Below, one piece after another: positions 39,479 through 49,170 of a DNA stretch of 64,000 nt. The notes beneath the pieces are model-generated. The model was not told the DNA's origin. It saw only the letters and a program-made list of their open reading frames with translations, and made no database searches. How positions within the stretch are numbered: the first letter of the stretch is position 1; every line of letters starts with the position of its first letter. The translations under genes were made by a program, and so were the position numbers. The stretch is from an uncultured SAR86 cluster bacterium (GTDB lineage: Bacteria > Pseudomonadota > Gammaproteobacteria > Magnimaribacterales > AG-339-G14): assembly GCA_902594855.1 (NCBI GenBank), contig CACJNS010000003.1, positions 1,289 through 65,288 on the forward strand. The letters run 5' to 3'.

Positions 39479-40200
39479 AAATCTTCAAATTCATCGACAA
39501 AATCATCAGCATCAATTTCTCCGTCACTGATTTCGTATTTTCTACGTTGCAAATATGCATCTCTAAAAAATATATATTTGTCTCCGCTAACGAAATTATC
39601 AAGCTCGAGTAATACAGTTGTTTGATTCAAGACATTTATTCCAGTCAGTAATCCTGATGTAGTTGGATGATCATCTGCTACAGCCAAAGGAGATATTACT
39701 GAATCAATTCCCCTTGATAAACCATCCCTCACAGTTGTGGGACCTAAAAAGGGCAAGACAATGTATGGTCCTTGATCTACACCCCATTTACCGAGTGTCT
39801 GACCAAAATCTTCATTGTTCTTATCAAATCCCATTGGGGTAGCAACGTCAAAGAGACCAAAAAGACCAAACATTGTATTAAAAATAAACCTTCCAAAATC
39901 ATTTATGGCTTTAATAAAATTTTCTTGCAGAATATTATTAATTCCTGATTTCACATCACTAATGTTTTCAAAAAAATCTGTTACTCGATCTCTTATAAAT
40001 GGAGGCGTTGCTTTTACATACGCTCCAGTGACAGGCTCAACTAGATTTTCAATAACTTTTTCATTGAATTCATGGACTTTTCTATTTTGTTCTTCATAAG
40101 GGTCTATTGGATCTCTTAATTCCAAGGAACTAGCACAACCTATAAACAAGAAGAAAAATGTTAAAATAGATGCAAACCTTTTAAAGAAAAGAATATTCAT
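39475..40200 (-). CDS. mlaA: VacJ/MlaA lipoprotein
   Basis: Lipobox FIGC, DPYEEQNR, EDFGQTLG.WG, PFLGP, RDAYLQRR. Confidence 0.93.
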   Translation of the reverse strand: MNILFFKRFASILTFFFLFIGCASSLELRDPIDPYEEQNRKVHEFNEKVIENLVEPVTGAYVKATPPFIRDRVTDFFENISDVKSGINNILQENFIKAINDFGRFIFNTMFGLFGLFDVATPMGFDKNNEDFGQTLGKWGVDQGPYIVLPFLGPTTVRDGLSRGIDSVISPLAVADDHPTTSGLLTGINVLNQTTVLLELDNFVSGDKYIFFRDAYLQRRKYEISDGEIDADDFVDEFEDF

Positions 40201-40211
40201 TTCGTAAGCAT

Positions 40212-41864
40212 ATGCCTCTTCCTAAAAAAAACAACAGTGTAATTGTAACTTCTGCTTTGCCTTATGCTAACGGTGATTTACACATTGGGCATCTTTTAGA
40301 GCATGTGCAAACAGATATCTGGGTAAGGTTGCTTAGAGCAAACAACATTACTTGTCACTATGTTTGTGCAAGCGATGCTCATGGTACTCCTATTATGCTA
40401 AGAGCTAAGGAGTTGGAGACCGAACCTGAAAAAATGGTTGAAGAATTCAGATCCTCTCATATGAAAGACTTAGGATCATTCAATATTTCTCACGATAATT
40501 TTTATACAACTCATAGTGAAGAAAATAAATACTTCAGTGAATTGATTTATAACAAAGCAAAAGAATCTGGATTCATTGAAAGTAAACAGATCGAACAACT
40601 ATTTGACGAAAGTGCAGGCTTATTTCTCTCAGATAGATATGTTAAAGGTTCTTGTCCAAAATGTTCTGCTGAAGATCAGTATGGAGATAATTGTGAAATC
40701 TGTGGTGCGAAATATGAAGCAGCTGAATTAATCAATCCAGTATCAACAATCAGCGGTCAAAAGCCAGTAGTGAAAACTAGTGAGCATGTTTTTTTTAAAT
40801 TATCAAAGTTAGAAACTAATGTGGCAAATTGGATGAAAGCTACACCTCTTCAGGAAGCAGTTAAAAATAAACTTGAAGAATGGTTTCAGCAAGGTCTAAA
40901 AGATTGGGATATTAGTAGAGATTCGCCTTATTTTGGATTTGAAATTCCTGATATGCCAGGGAAGTACTTTTATGTCTGGCTTGATGCCCCTATTGGGTAC
41001 ATAGCCAGTCTTGAAAAACATCTAAGAGCAAAAAGTGATGTGTCTGCAGAAGAAATTTGGTCGGAAACTGCCAATACAGAAATTTATCATTTTATTGGAA
41101 AAGATATCATGAATTTCCACGCCTTATTTTGGCCAGCTTTACTAGAAACTTCTAAATTTAAAAAACCATCCAATGTTTTTGTTCATGGTTTCTTAGGCTT
41201 GAACGGGGCAAAAATGTCTAAGTCAAAAGGTAATTTTTTAAGTATGAGAGATTACTTAGATATTCTTGATGCTGACTATATAAGATATTACTTGGCATCA
41301 AAGTTATCTCCTTCCATTGATGATATTGATCTCAACTATGATGACTTCCAAAAAAAAGTTAACTCTGATTTGGTCGGAAAATTTGTGAATATTGCCAGTA
41401 GATCCGCAGGATTTTTAAAAAAGAATGATAATCAGATAGGAAATAGTATCGATCATGAATTTTATGAAAATTTTATTTCATCAAAAAATGAAATTACTAA
41501 TCTTTTTGCAGATCTTGAATACTCAAAGGCAATTAAAGAAATCATGAAATTAGCTGATTCTGCAAATGCTTATGTGGATGAGAAAAAACCTTGGATTTTA
41601 GCTAAAGATGAAAAAAACAGGGATGAGGTTATCAAGATTGCGAGCACCACAATAAATCTATTTAGAGTTATAAACACTTATCTCAAGATAGTGATTCCAG
41701 ACACATGCTCTAAAGGAGAAAGTTTTCTAAACGAGATAATCGGCTCGATTGATGATATTGACACTCCTTTAACAAATCATAAATTAGATTCTTTTTCTCC
41801 TATCCTTAATAGATTAGAAGATGAGAAATTAGAAGCACTTATTCAAAGAGGTTCAAATGGATGA
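40212..41864 (+). CDS. metG: Methionyl-tRNA synthetase (catalytic and anticodon-binding part)
   Basis: PYANG.LHIGH, Zn knuckle, [15 protein letters not shown]. Confidence 0.97.
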   Translation: MPLPKKNNSVIVTSALPYANGDLHIGHLLEHVQTDIWVRLLRANNITCHYVCASDAHGTPIMLRAKELETEPEKMVEEFRSSHMKDLGSFNISHDNFYTTHSEENKYFSELIYNKAKESGFIESKQIEQLFDESAGLFLSDRYVKGSCPKCSAEDQYGDNCEICGAKYEAAELINPVSTISGQKPVVKTSEHVFFKLSKLETNVANWMKATPLQEAVKNKLEEWFQQGLKDWDISRDSPYFGFEIPDMPGKYFYVWLDAPIGYIASLEKHLRAKSDVSAEEIWSETANTEIYHFIGKDIMNFHALFWPALLETSKFKKPSNVFVHGFLGLNGAKMSKSKGNFLSMRDYLDILDADYIRYYLASKLSPSIDDIDLNYDDFQKKVNSDLVGKFVNIASRSAGFLKKNDNQIGNSIDHEFYENFISSKNEITNLFADLEYSKAIKEIMKLADSANAYVDEKKPWILAKDEKNRDEVIKIASTTINLFRVINTYLKIVIPDTCSKGESFLNEIIGSIDDIDTPLTNHKLDSFSPILNRLEDEKLEALIQRGSNG

Positions 41865-42189
41865 AATTTCTATAGAAGATTTTATAAAAATAGATCTGAG
41901 AGTTGCTGAGATCAAAAACGCTGAAAACGTGGAAGAAGCAGATAAACTCCTAAAAATAATTCTAGACCTTGGAAATTTAGGAGAAAGAACGGTATTTGCA
42001 GGTATTAAAAAATTTTATGATCCAGAAAAATTAATAGGTCTAAAAATTATATGTGTAGCTAATTTAAAGCCTAGGAAGATGCGATTTGGAGTATCTGAGG
42101 GTATGATTCTTGCTGCAAGTAACGATGAAGATGGCGTATTTATATTGCATCCTGATCAGGGTGCAAAACCAGGGATGAGAGTGAGTTAA
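41857..42189 (+). CDS. Stand-alone MetRS C-terminal / Trbp111-type tRNA-binding protein
   Basis: [35 protein letters not shown]. Confidence 0.92.
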   Translation: MDEISIEDFIKIDLRVAEIKNAENVEEADKLLKIILDLGNLGERTVFAGIKKFYDPEKLIGLKIICVANLKPRKMRFGVSEGMILAASNDEDGVFILHPDQGAKPGMRVS

Positions 42190-43223
42190 TGACTAAAAGC
42201 ATTGAAACAGATATTTTAATTATTGGAGCTGGTCCGGTAGGACTATTTACAGTATTTGAGGCAGGATTACTGGGTCTCAAATGTCATCTTGTAGACAATC
42301 TAGATAAAATTGGCGGTCAATGCATTGAACTTTATCCAGAAAAACCTATTTACGACATACCCGGTGTACCAAATCAAACTGGTAAGGAGCATATAGATTC
42401 ACTTTTAAAACAAATCGAGCCCTTTGATTACGAAGTTCATCTAAATCAACGAGTGGATAAAATTGAAGAGTCAGGAGATTATTGGATTGCCGAAACGACT
42501 GATGGAATTTCTTTTAAGACGCTAAATATTTTTATAGCGGCTGGTGCTGGGTCTTTTGAACCTAGAAAACCCCCCGTTGAGTCTCCGGATAAATTTTTAG
42601 GCAAAGGAATAGATTATGCAGTCAGAAGTGTAGACAAATACAAAGGTAAGGATATTGTTATTTTTGGTGGCGGAGATAGTGCACTAGATTGGTCAGTAGA
42701 ATTAGCAAATAAAGCGAAATCAATAAAACTTGTTCACAGAAGAGATGATTTTAGAGGTGCAGAACATACCGAAAACAAAATGCGAAGTTTTGTTGCAAGT
42801 GGTGAAATAGAGTTAAAAATTCCTTTTGTCATAAAATCTATTGTTGGTGGTAAGTCTTTTGAGGGAGTAGAAATCATGAATTTTGAAACCAAAGAGACAG
42901 AAGTTATTAACTGCGATGAGGCGTTATTTTTCTTTGGTTTAAGTAAGCAACTTGGGCCAATAAATGATTGGGAGATTGATTTAAACGAAAGAAAAGTTCA
43001 AGTAGATACAGAAAAATTTGAAACGAATCAAAAAGGCATCTTTGCTGTTGGCGATATCAATACTTATCCTGGAAAATTAGACCTAATCCTTTGCGGGTTT
43101 CATGAAACTACCCTTGCTGTACAAGAAGCCTTTAAAAGAATAAATCCAGGTGAGAGAGTTCCTTTCGGTTACACAACCTCGAATAAAGGTTTGCAAGAAA
43201 AACTTAAAGTTTCTGGATCATGA
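42189..43223 (+). CDS. Ferredoxin-NADP+ reductase (TrxR-like, YumC type)
   Basis: GAGPVG, GGQC..LYPEKPIYDIPG, GGGDSALDW, VHRR, YPGKL.LI; no CxxC. Confidence 0.88.
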   Translation: MTKSIETDILIIGAGPVGLFTVFEAGLLGLKCHLVDNLDKIGGQCIELYPEKPIYDIPGVPNQTGKEHIDSLLKQIEPFDYEVHLNQRVDKIEESGDYWIAETTDGISFKTLNIFIAAGAGSFEPRKPPVESPDKFLGKGIDYAVRSVDKYKGKDIVIFGGGDSALDWSVELANKAKSIKLVHRRDDFRGAEHTENKMRSFVASGEIELKIPFVIKSIVGGKSFEGVEIMNFETKETEVINCDEALFFFGLSKQLGPINDWEIDLNERKVQVDTEKFETNQKGIFAVGDINTYPGKLDLILCGFHETTLAVQEAFKRINPGERVPFGYTTSNKGLQEKLKVSGS

Positions 43224-44116
43224 ATGCTATTTTGTTCCCTGGTCAGGGAGTTCAAACTGTAGGCATGATGGATAGCCTTTTCAGTTCAAGCGAAAAAGCA
43301 AAAGATTTATTCATCAAAGCTTCTGATGCTATTGATATTGATCTTGTTGAGTTAGTTTCAGATGATTCAAATAATTTGATCGATTTAACAGAATATTCTC
43401 AACCAATTATTTTGGCTTCAAGCATTGCCTTTGCTGAACACTTCACAGATAAAGCCAATTATAATTTCTGTGCAGGTCTATCTCTCGGTGAATATTCTGC
43501 GCTAGTTTATTCAGGATGCTTAGATTTTTTAGATGCAATAAAGTTAGTTCATATTAGAGGAAAGCTAATGCAGAATTCAGTTGCACCCGGTGAAGCTAAA
43601 ATGCTGGTTGTCATGGGAATGAATCATGATGATATTCAATCCTTAATAAAAGAACTTTCTGATGATGGATGCACAGTAAATTTGTCCACAGATACTGCTG
43701 ATGGAATGGGTGTGCTTGCGGGCGAAACTGCAAATATTGAAAAGTGTAAAACTTTGCTTGAAAGCAAAGAATTAAGAAGAGTTAAAACGCAATACGTAAA
43801 TATGTCTGTGCCATCGCATTGTTATTTATTAAAAGATGCTCAAGAGAAATTAGCCTCTGAGTTAGAAAAAATAGAATTCAGAGATCCAAGAGTTCCGATA
43901 ATATCTAATTTTACTGCGCTTCCAACTTCTGATATCGATGAAATAAAAGATAATTTGATCAATCAACTTTGTGAAACTGTAAGGTGGAGAGAAACTTTAG
44001 ATTTTCTTGATAAAAGCAAAGTTTTAAGCATTACGGACTCTGGTCCCGGAAAAACAATAATAGGAATGGCTAGGAAGTTTAAAGAAATGGAGAAACTAGC
44101 TTTAATTGATTCTTAA
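43220..44116 (+). CDS. fabD: Malonyl-CoA:ACP transacylase
   Basis: FPGQG, QP.I, GLSLGEYSAL, RG.LMQ, VPSH. Confidence 0.92.
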   Translation: MNAILFPGQGVQTVGMMDSLFSSSEKAKDLFIKASDAIDIDLVELVSDDSNNLIDLTEYSQPIILASSIAFAEHFTDKANYNFCAGLSLGEYSALVYSGCLDFLDAIKLVHIRGKLMQNSVAPGEAKMLVVMGMNHDDIQSLIKELSDDGCTVNLSTDTADGMGVLAGETANIEKCKTLLESKELRRVKTQYVNMSVPSHCYLLKDAQEKLASELEKIEFRDPRVPIISNFTALPTSDIDEIKDNLINQLCETVRWRETLDFLDKSKVLSITDSGPGKTIIGMARKFKEMEKLALIDS

Positions 44117-45300
44117 TTATCTCTATTTTTTAATCTTAACGATTTGATCTTAATATAACCCTCGGCATCTTTCTGATCAAAATCACCTTTCTCATCAAAA
44201 CTCGCTAAATCTGCTTTATATAAAGATTTATCACTTCGTCTGCTTAAAATGATTACATTACCTTTCTTGGCTAATATTTTTATTTGTCCTTGAACATTTT
44301 TTGAAAAATTATCGACAAGACTTTGTATTGCAAATCTTTCAGGTGCCCACCACAAACCATCATAAATTAAACCGGAATATTTACTTATAAGTTCGTCTTT
44401 AGTTTTTATTGATTCTCCATCCATACAGATTGATTCTATTGATCTTCTTGCTTTGAGTAAGATCGAACCACCAGGCGTCTCGTAGCAACCTCTTGACTTC
44501 ATTCCGGTAGATCTCGATTCAACAATATCCAATCTGCCTATGCCGTTTCTTGAGCCAATGTCATTTAACTTTGTTAATAATTCTGCAGGAGAAAGCTTTT
44601 CATCATTAACTGCAATAGGATCTCCGTTTTCAAACTCTATGGAAAATTCTTCTCCTGAATCAGGCGCATCATCAATTGATTTAGTATTGCGCCACATACT
44701 TTCTGGAGGTACCGAGGTTATATCTTCTAAGATTCCACCTTCATAAGAAATATGTAATAAATTTTCATCAGTTGAAAAAGGAGGTTCGTTTTCACTACCC
44801 TCTTCAACTGGCAATTGATTTTCAATGCAGTATTTAACTAAATCCTTCCTCGATGCTAGATCCCACTCACGCCAAGGGCTAATAATTTTCAATTCAGGAG
44901 CAAGTCCATAAACTCCTAATTCAAATCTAATCTGATCGTTTCCTTTACCTGTAGCCCCATGAGATATGAACTGAGCTCCCTCCTCTTTTGCAATTTCAAC
45001 GAGCCTTTTGGCGATTAAAGGTCTTGCAATTGAAGTACCTAAAAGATATTCACCTTCGTAAATAGCATTCCCTCTGAACATAGGAAAAACGTAATTTTTT
45101 ACAAAATCATCTTTTAGATCTTCAACTATTGAATGAGATGCACCAGCTTGTGAAGCTCTATCTTCCACGTCATCTCTTAAGTCTTTTTGCCCTAAATCTG
45201 CGGTATACGTAATAACTTCAGCATCATAGTTTTCTTGCAACCATTTAAGGATAACAGTTGTATCTAGTCCGCCTGAGTAAGCTAGTATTATCTTATTCAT
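44113..45300 (-). CDS. argG: Argininosuccinate synthase
   Basis: AYSGGLDT, HGATGKGNDQ.RFE, SRGCYETP. Confidence 0.97.
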   Translation of the reverse strand: MNKIILAYSGGLDTTVILKWLQENYDAEVITYTADLGQKDLRDDVEDRASQAGASHSIVEDLKDDFVKNYVFPMFRGNAIYEGEYLLGTSIARPLIAKRLVEIAKEEGAQFISHGATGKGNDQIRFELGVYGLAPELKIISPWREWDLASRKDLVKYCIENQLPVEEGSENEPPFSTDENLLHISYEGGILEDITSVPPESMWRNTKSIDDAPDSGEEFSIEFENGDPIAVNDEKLSPAELLTKLNDIGSRNGIGRLDIVESRSTGMKSRGCYETPGGSILLKARRSIESICMDGESIKTKDELISKYSGLIYDGLWWAPERFAIQSLVDNFSKNVQGQIKILAKKGNVIILSRRSDKSLYKADLASFDEKGDFDQKDAEGYIKIKSLRLKNRDN

Positions 45301-45409
45301 ATAAAAAATTTTTGAGGATTATATCTTTAAACTTCTAGCCTATGTAAATCAATATGAAAAACATTCCGTATCCAAAATTTCTTCTTCGTTGCTAAGTTAA
45401 ATGCTTAAT

Positions 45410-45428
45410 AAAAATGATTATCAATTCC
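45410..45428 (+). promoter_or_regulatory. Putative Fur box
   Basis: AAAAATGATTATCAATTCC, 13/19 matches to GATAATGATAATCATTATC by eye, upstream of the ferritin-like gene. Confidence 0.5.
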
Positions 45429-45488
45429 CATCTATTTCTCATCAAGAATTTTCTATGATTTAACTGCTATAGTTTCCAAAATTTTGAG

Positions 45489-45938
45489 GTGATAAAAATG
45501 GAAAATGAAAATTTTGATACAAGCGAGGTATGTGGAATATTAAATGAAATCATGGAATATGAACTATCAGGAGTTGTGAGATATACCCATTCGTCTTTGA
45601 TGGTTACTGGTCCTCATAGATTACCCATAGTAGATTTTTTAAAAGAACAGGCAAGTGAGTCATTACAGCATGCTCAACAAGCTGGGGAATTATTAACGGG
45701 TTTAGATGGCCATCCAAGTCAGAAAATAGCTAATATCGTTGAAACAAATAACCACTCAATTAAAGATATTTTAGAAGAAAGTCTTGAGCATGAAATGCAT
45801 GCATTGAATCTCTACAAAAAACTTCTCACTAAAGTTGAAGGTGAATCAGTATATCTTGAAGAATATACAAGAGATTTAATTGGGCAAGAAGAACAGCATC
45901 AACTCGAACTCCGCAAGATGTTAAAAGACTTTAGTTAA
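45489..45938 (+). CDS. Bacterioferritin/ferritin-like diiron protein
   Basis: EYEL, ESLQHA, EHE and EEQH carboxylate/His pattern; start may be ATG 45498. Confidence 0.85.
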   Translation: MIKMENENFDTSEVCGILNEIMEYELSGVVRYTHSSLMVTGPHRLPIVDFLKEQASESLQHAQQAGELLTGLDGHPSQKIANIVETNNHSIKDILEESLEHEMHALNLYKKLLTKVEGESVYLEEYTRDLIGQEEQHQLELRKMLKDFS

Positions 45939-46068
45939 TTGCTTATCTCTAAAAGTTCAGTTTAGGATTTTAAATATATAAATTAGCTATAATGAAAATG
46001 CGTGATTTGGCCCTATTGCTGCGTTAATGCTAAGAAGGATCAATTCTGATTTACTTTCCGGAGTTGTT

Positions 46069-46968
46069 ATGAAAATTTTTATACCTATTCTAATTCTTGT
46101 TCTCTATTCTTGTGGTGGAGGCGGTGGCTCCATGTATGGAAGCTCTGAAGAAACTGGTACAGGTTCTTCTGGTGATTATGGGAGTTCATCAAGCTATGGA
46201 TCGAGCTCGTCAAGCAGCAGCCAATCCTCCTCACCTACTCTTGCCGCATCGACAACTACAATAAATGGTCTTGAAATAATTCAGATAATGGGTGCTAACA
46301 GTGAGTCAAATATGGGGGGATCTGCAACTAGTTCAAAAAGATCTGTTTACGCATACGTTAATGATGATGATTCAGTTGCAACCTACGAAGGTAATGCATG
46401 GCCGAGGGTGAGATTTTCTGGAACCGAGATCAGTAAATCTGATTCTGTTACCGCACAAGTTACAAAGCTTTCCAACACAACAAATAGTAACGATATTGTA
46501 GGAATAAATTTTCGTCCTAGCTATCAATGCTCTGCTGATGCATATGACTACAATGCAGGTTGTGAAGATGCAAACTGGAGACTTTTTCTTCCAAATGGTT
46601 CAGTAAATCTAGAAGATACAGAATCTGTTCCTGAAACTACTCAATCTTTTACCGTAACCGTCCAGAGCACAGATTCAGGAAATAAATTTTATATTGATGG
46701 TGAGTTAGCAAAAGACCTTACCTTAGAAAGAGGTAAGACATACGCTTTTGTTCAAACAGATTCTTATACTTCTCACCCGCTAAGATTCTCAATAGAAAAA
46801 AATGGATTACATGCTTCTAAACCGGAATTCATTAGAGGTGTGAAAACTTCTAAAACAAACAATACAATTTATATTACCGTACCTAGCGATGCTCCCGATC
46901 AGCTGTATTATTTCTGTTTTATACATTCTGGTATGGCTAATGATGCTGTTATAACCATTACTGACTAG
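46069..46968 (+). CDS. Lipoprotein with Ser/Gly linker, COG4315-like repeats and a C-terminal cupredoxin-like domain
   Basis: GGAG before ATG 46069, lipobox LYSC-GGGGG; VYAY..D...WP and PSYQ..D...W repeats; HP...YYFCFIHSGM. Confidence 0.65.
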   Translation: MKIFIPILILVLYSCGGGGGSMYGSSEETGTGSSGDYGSSSSYGSSSSSSSQSSSPTLAASTTTINGLEIIQIMGANSESNMGGSATSSKRSVYAYVNDDDSVATYEGNAWPRVRFSGTEISKSDSVTAQVTKLSNTTNSNDIVGINFRPSYQCSADAYDYNAGCEDANWRLFLPNGSVNLEDTESVPETTQSFTVTVQSTDSGNKFYIDGELAKDLTLERGKTYAFVQTDSYTSHPLRFSIEKNGLHASKPEFIRGVKTSKTNNTIYITVPSDAPDQLYYFCFIHSGMANDAVITITD

Positions 46969-46971
46969 CAA

Positions 46972-47355
46972 ATGATTTTTATAGAACTTCTTTCTGGAGT
47001 AATTTCAGGAATGATTCTTTTTCAAACTGCTATTGTTGCTCCTGTAGTTTTTACTACACTTGATGCAGAAAATGCCTCAAAGTTTTTAAGAAAAATCTTT
47101 CCTAGATTTTTTATGGTAATTTTTATCTTAGGTATTAGCGCTTTAATCGTTTCATCAGTATTTTTGAGCATCCAGGGGATCGTTATCGCTGCAGTTACTG
47201 CGATTTCAATGATTATTTCTTACCTAGTAGTGCCAGCAACTAACAAAGCTCGAGATGAAGACAGGTCTACAGCTTTTAGAAGATTGCATACCCTAACTGT
47301 AGTTTTAACCTTTTTTACCTTATTAGCTAACTTAAGTTGGATTCTTCCAATTTAG
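46972..47355 (+). CDS. DUF4149-family membrane protein
   Basis: VAPVVF..L......FLR.IFPRFF and FRRLH; four TM helices. Confidence 0.8.
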   Translation: MIFIELLSGVISGMILFQTAIVAPVVFTTLDAENASKFLRKIFPRFFMVIFILGISALIVSSVFLSIQGIVIAAVTAISMIISYLVVPATNKARDEDRSTAFRRLHTLTVVLTFFTLLANLSWILPI

Positions 47356-47666
47356 ATTTCAACTGAATCTATCAATTCTTTGAGTTCGCCGTTTTGGTAC
47401 ATCTCCATCATGATGTCACTACCACCGACTAGTTCACCATTGATAAATAATTGAGGAAAAGTTGGCCATTCCGAAACAGAAGGAAGTTCCTGTCTGATTT
47501 CTGGATTACTTAAAATATCTACAAAAGAGAATTCCTTTCCACATGCCATTAGTATTTGTGATGCACGTTGAGAAAAACCGCATTCTGGTTTATCAGGAGA
47601 TCCTTTCATGTACAAAAGAATTTTGTTGTCAGCAATTTGATTATTAATCTTTTCAATAATATCCAT
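47352..47666 (-). CDS. grxD: Monothiol glutaredoxin
   Basis: MKG...CGFS, WPTFPQL, GELVGG. Confidence 0.95.
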   Translation of the reverse strand: MDIIEKINNQIADNKILLYMKGSPDKPECGFSQRASQILMACGKEFSFVDILSNPEIRQELPSVSEWPTFPQLFINGELVGGSDIMMEMYQNGELKELIDSVEI

Positions 47667-47671
47667 AATTT

Positions 47672-48403
47672 TTATTTTAACACTTCAAGATATTTCTTAG
47701 TGGTTTCTTTGATTCCATAGATCAAACAATCAGATACATATGCCTGTCCAATAGATACTTCTTTTATCTCACCACAATCCATAAGAAATGGAAGATTCTT
47801 GAGATTTAAATCATGACCGGCATTGAGATCCAAATTTATCTCATTAGCAAATTCAATAACAGAACGATAAGTATCTTTTGTTGATTGGCTGTTGTAGAGA
47901 GCTGCGTAAGGTCCTGTGTAGAGTTCTACCCTATCCACTCCTAAATCTTTAGCACGTTTTAGCTGTTCAATATCCGGATCGATAAAAATGCTTGATCTTA
48001 TATTGAAAGATTTTAATGTTTTAATTATTTTTTCTAATTCCAGATTTGGTTTGTTTAAATCAAACCCATGATCAGAAGTTTTTTGCATCGTATCGTCTGG
48101 TACTAAAGTTGCCTGATCAGGCTGATAGAAGTTAATCAGTTCCATATAACCGGGATATTCATCGTTTGGCTGTTCAAATGGATTTCCTTCAATGTTAAAT
48201 TCTATATTGCTCGGTATGATCTTTTTTATTTCTGCAACGTCTTTTGGCGTTATGTGTCTTAAATCTGGTCTCGGATGAACTGTTATTCCATGACAACCCG
48301 AATCTATAATATTCATAGTCATATCCACCAAGTTTGGAATATCTCCATCTCTTGCATTCCTTAACCAAGCTATCTTATTTATATTGATACTTAAATTTGT
48401 CAT
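47672..48403 (-). CDS. pdxJ: Pyridoxine 5'-phosphate synthase
   Basis: NINKIA.LRNAR, ITVHPRPD.RH, TLVPD, ELYTG, NAGHDL. Confidence 0.95.
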   Translation of the reverse strand: MTNLSININKIAWLRNARDGDIPNLVDMTMNIIDSGCHGITVHPRPDLRHITPKDVAEIKKIIPSNIEFNIEGNPFEQPNDEYPGYMELINFYQPDQATLVPDDTMQKTSDHGFDLNKPNLELEKIIKTLKSFNIRSSIFIDPDIEQLKRAKDLGVDRVELYTGPYAALYNSQSTKDTYRSVIEFANEINLDLNAGHDLNLKNLPFLMDCGEIKEVSIGQAYVSDCLIYGIKETTKKYLEVLK

Positions 48404-49164
48404 AAAAAAAGCTTTATGGATCCATCATAAAATAGCTTGCAACCTGCGAGCAAAGTACAAAAGTATCCAATTTTATAAAACCAATCTTGCCCTATTTTAT
48501 CAACAAGATAAGCTCCAAAATAAACACCAAGAGGAGCTAAAGGAAGTAATAAGAGAGAAGTATATATATTTTCAAAATTCATTTCGCCTAGATAAGCATA
48601 GGGAAAAATTTTAAATAAATTTATCAATAGATAAAAAAGACCGGCGGTTGCAACGTACATAGTTCTATCTAGCCTCATCGGAAGAAGATAAAAACTCAAT
48701 GGCAATCCACCAGCATGAATTGAAAAACTAGTAAAACCTGAAAGACTTGGCCAAAAGTATGAGGCAAATTTAGATGGCTTCTTAGGTTTATCTGAATCTT
48801 TACGAAAGTAATAATCCAAACAGAAAATAATAGCCATTAGTCCAATGATCATTCTTATATGGTCATTGGTCAGATAGCTAAATGTAAAAGTCCCAATTAA
48901 TACTCCGACGAAAGCAAGAGGAATTATAAATTTGATAATTTCAATGTTCCATTTATGCCTATATCTCCAAACTGTAACGCAATCCATAAAAATCAAAGGT
49001 ATAAGAAGAATTGCTACAGCCTGAAAAGGTGGAACAAAAAAAGACATAACGGGAATTGCCAAGAGAGAACCAAAGGATCCTGCTCCAATGAATCCTCCTT
49101 TTCCCATTCCATGAAGGAAAACAGAAATGATTGCTACCACATAAAATAATGGATCCAGAATCAT
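48400..49164 (-). CDS. TauE/SafE (TSUP) family permease
   Basis: GMGKGGF, SGFTSF..HAGG.P; multiple TM helices. Confidence 0.85.
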   Translation of the reverse strand: MILDPLFYVVAIISVFLHGMGKGGFIGAGSFGSLLAIPVMSFFVPPFQAVAILLIPLIFMDCVTVWRYRHKWNIEIIKFIIPLAFVGVLIGTFTFSYLTNDHIRMIIGLMAIIFCLDYYFRKDSDKPKKPSKFASYFWPSLSGFTSFSIHAGGLPLSFYLLPMRLDRTMYVATAGLFYLLINLFKIFPYAYLGEMNFENIYTSLLLLPLAPLGVYFGAYLVDKIGQDWFYKIGYFCTLLAGCKLFYDGSIKLFL

Positions 49165-49170
49165 TTTCTT

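Noticed and set aside
43470-43500. FabD active site GLSLG instead of GHSLG
   Set aside because: A known functional variant in many FabD proteins; the catalytic Ser, Arg and His are present.
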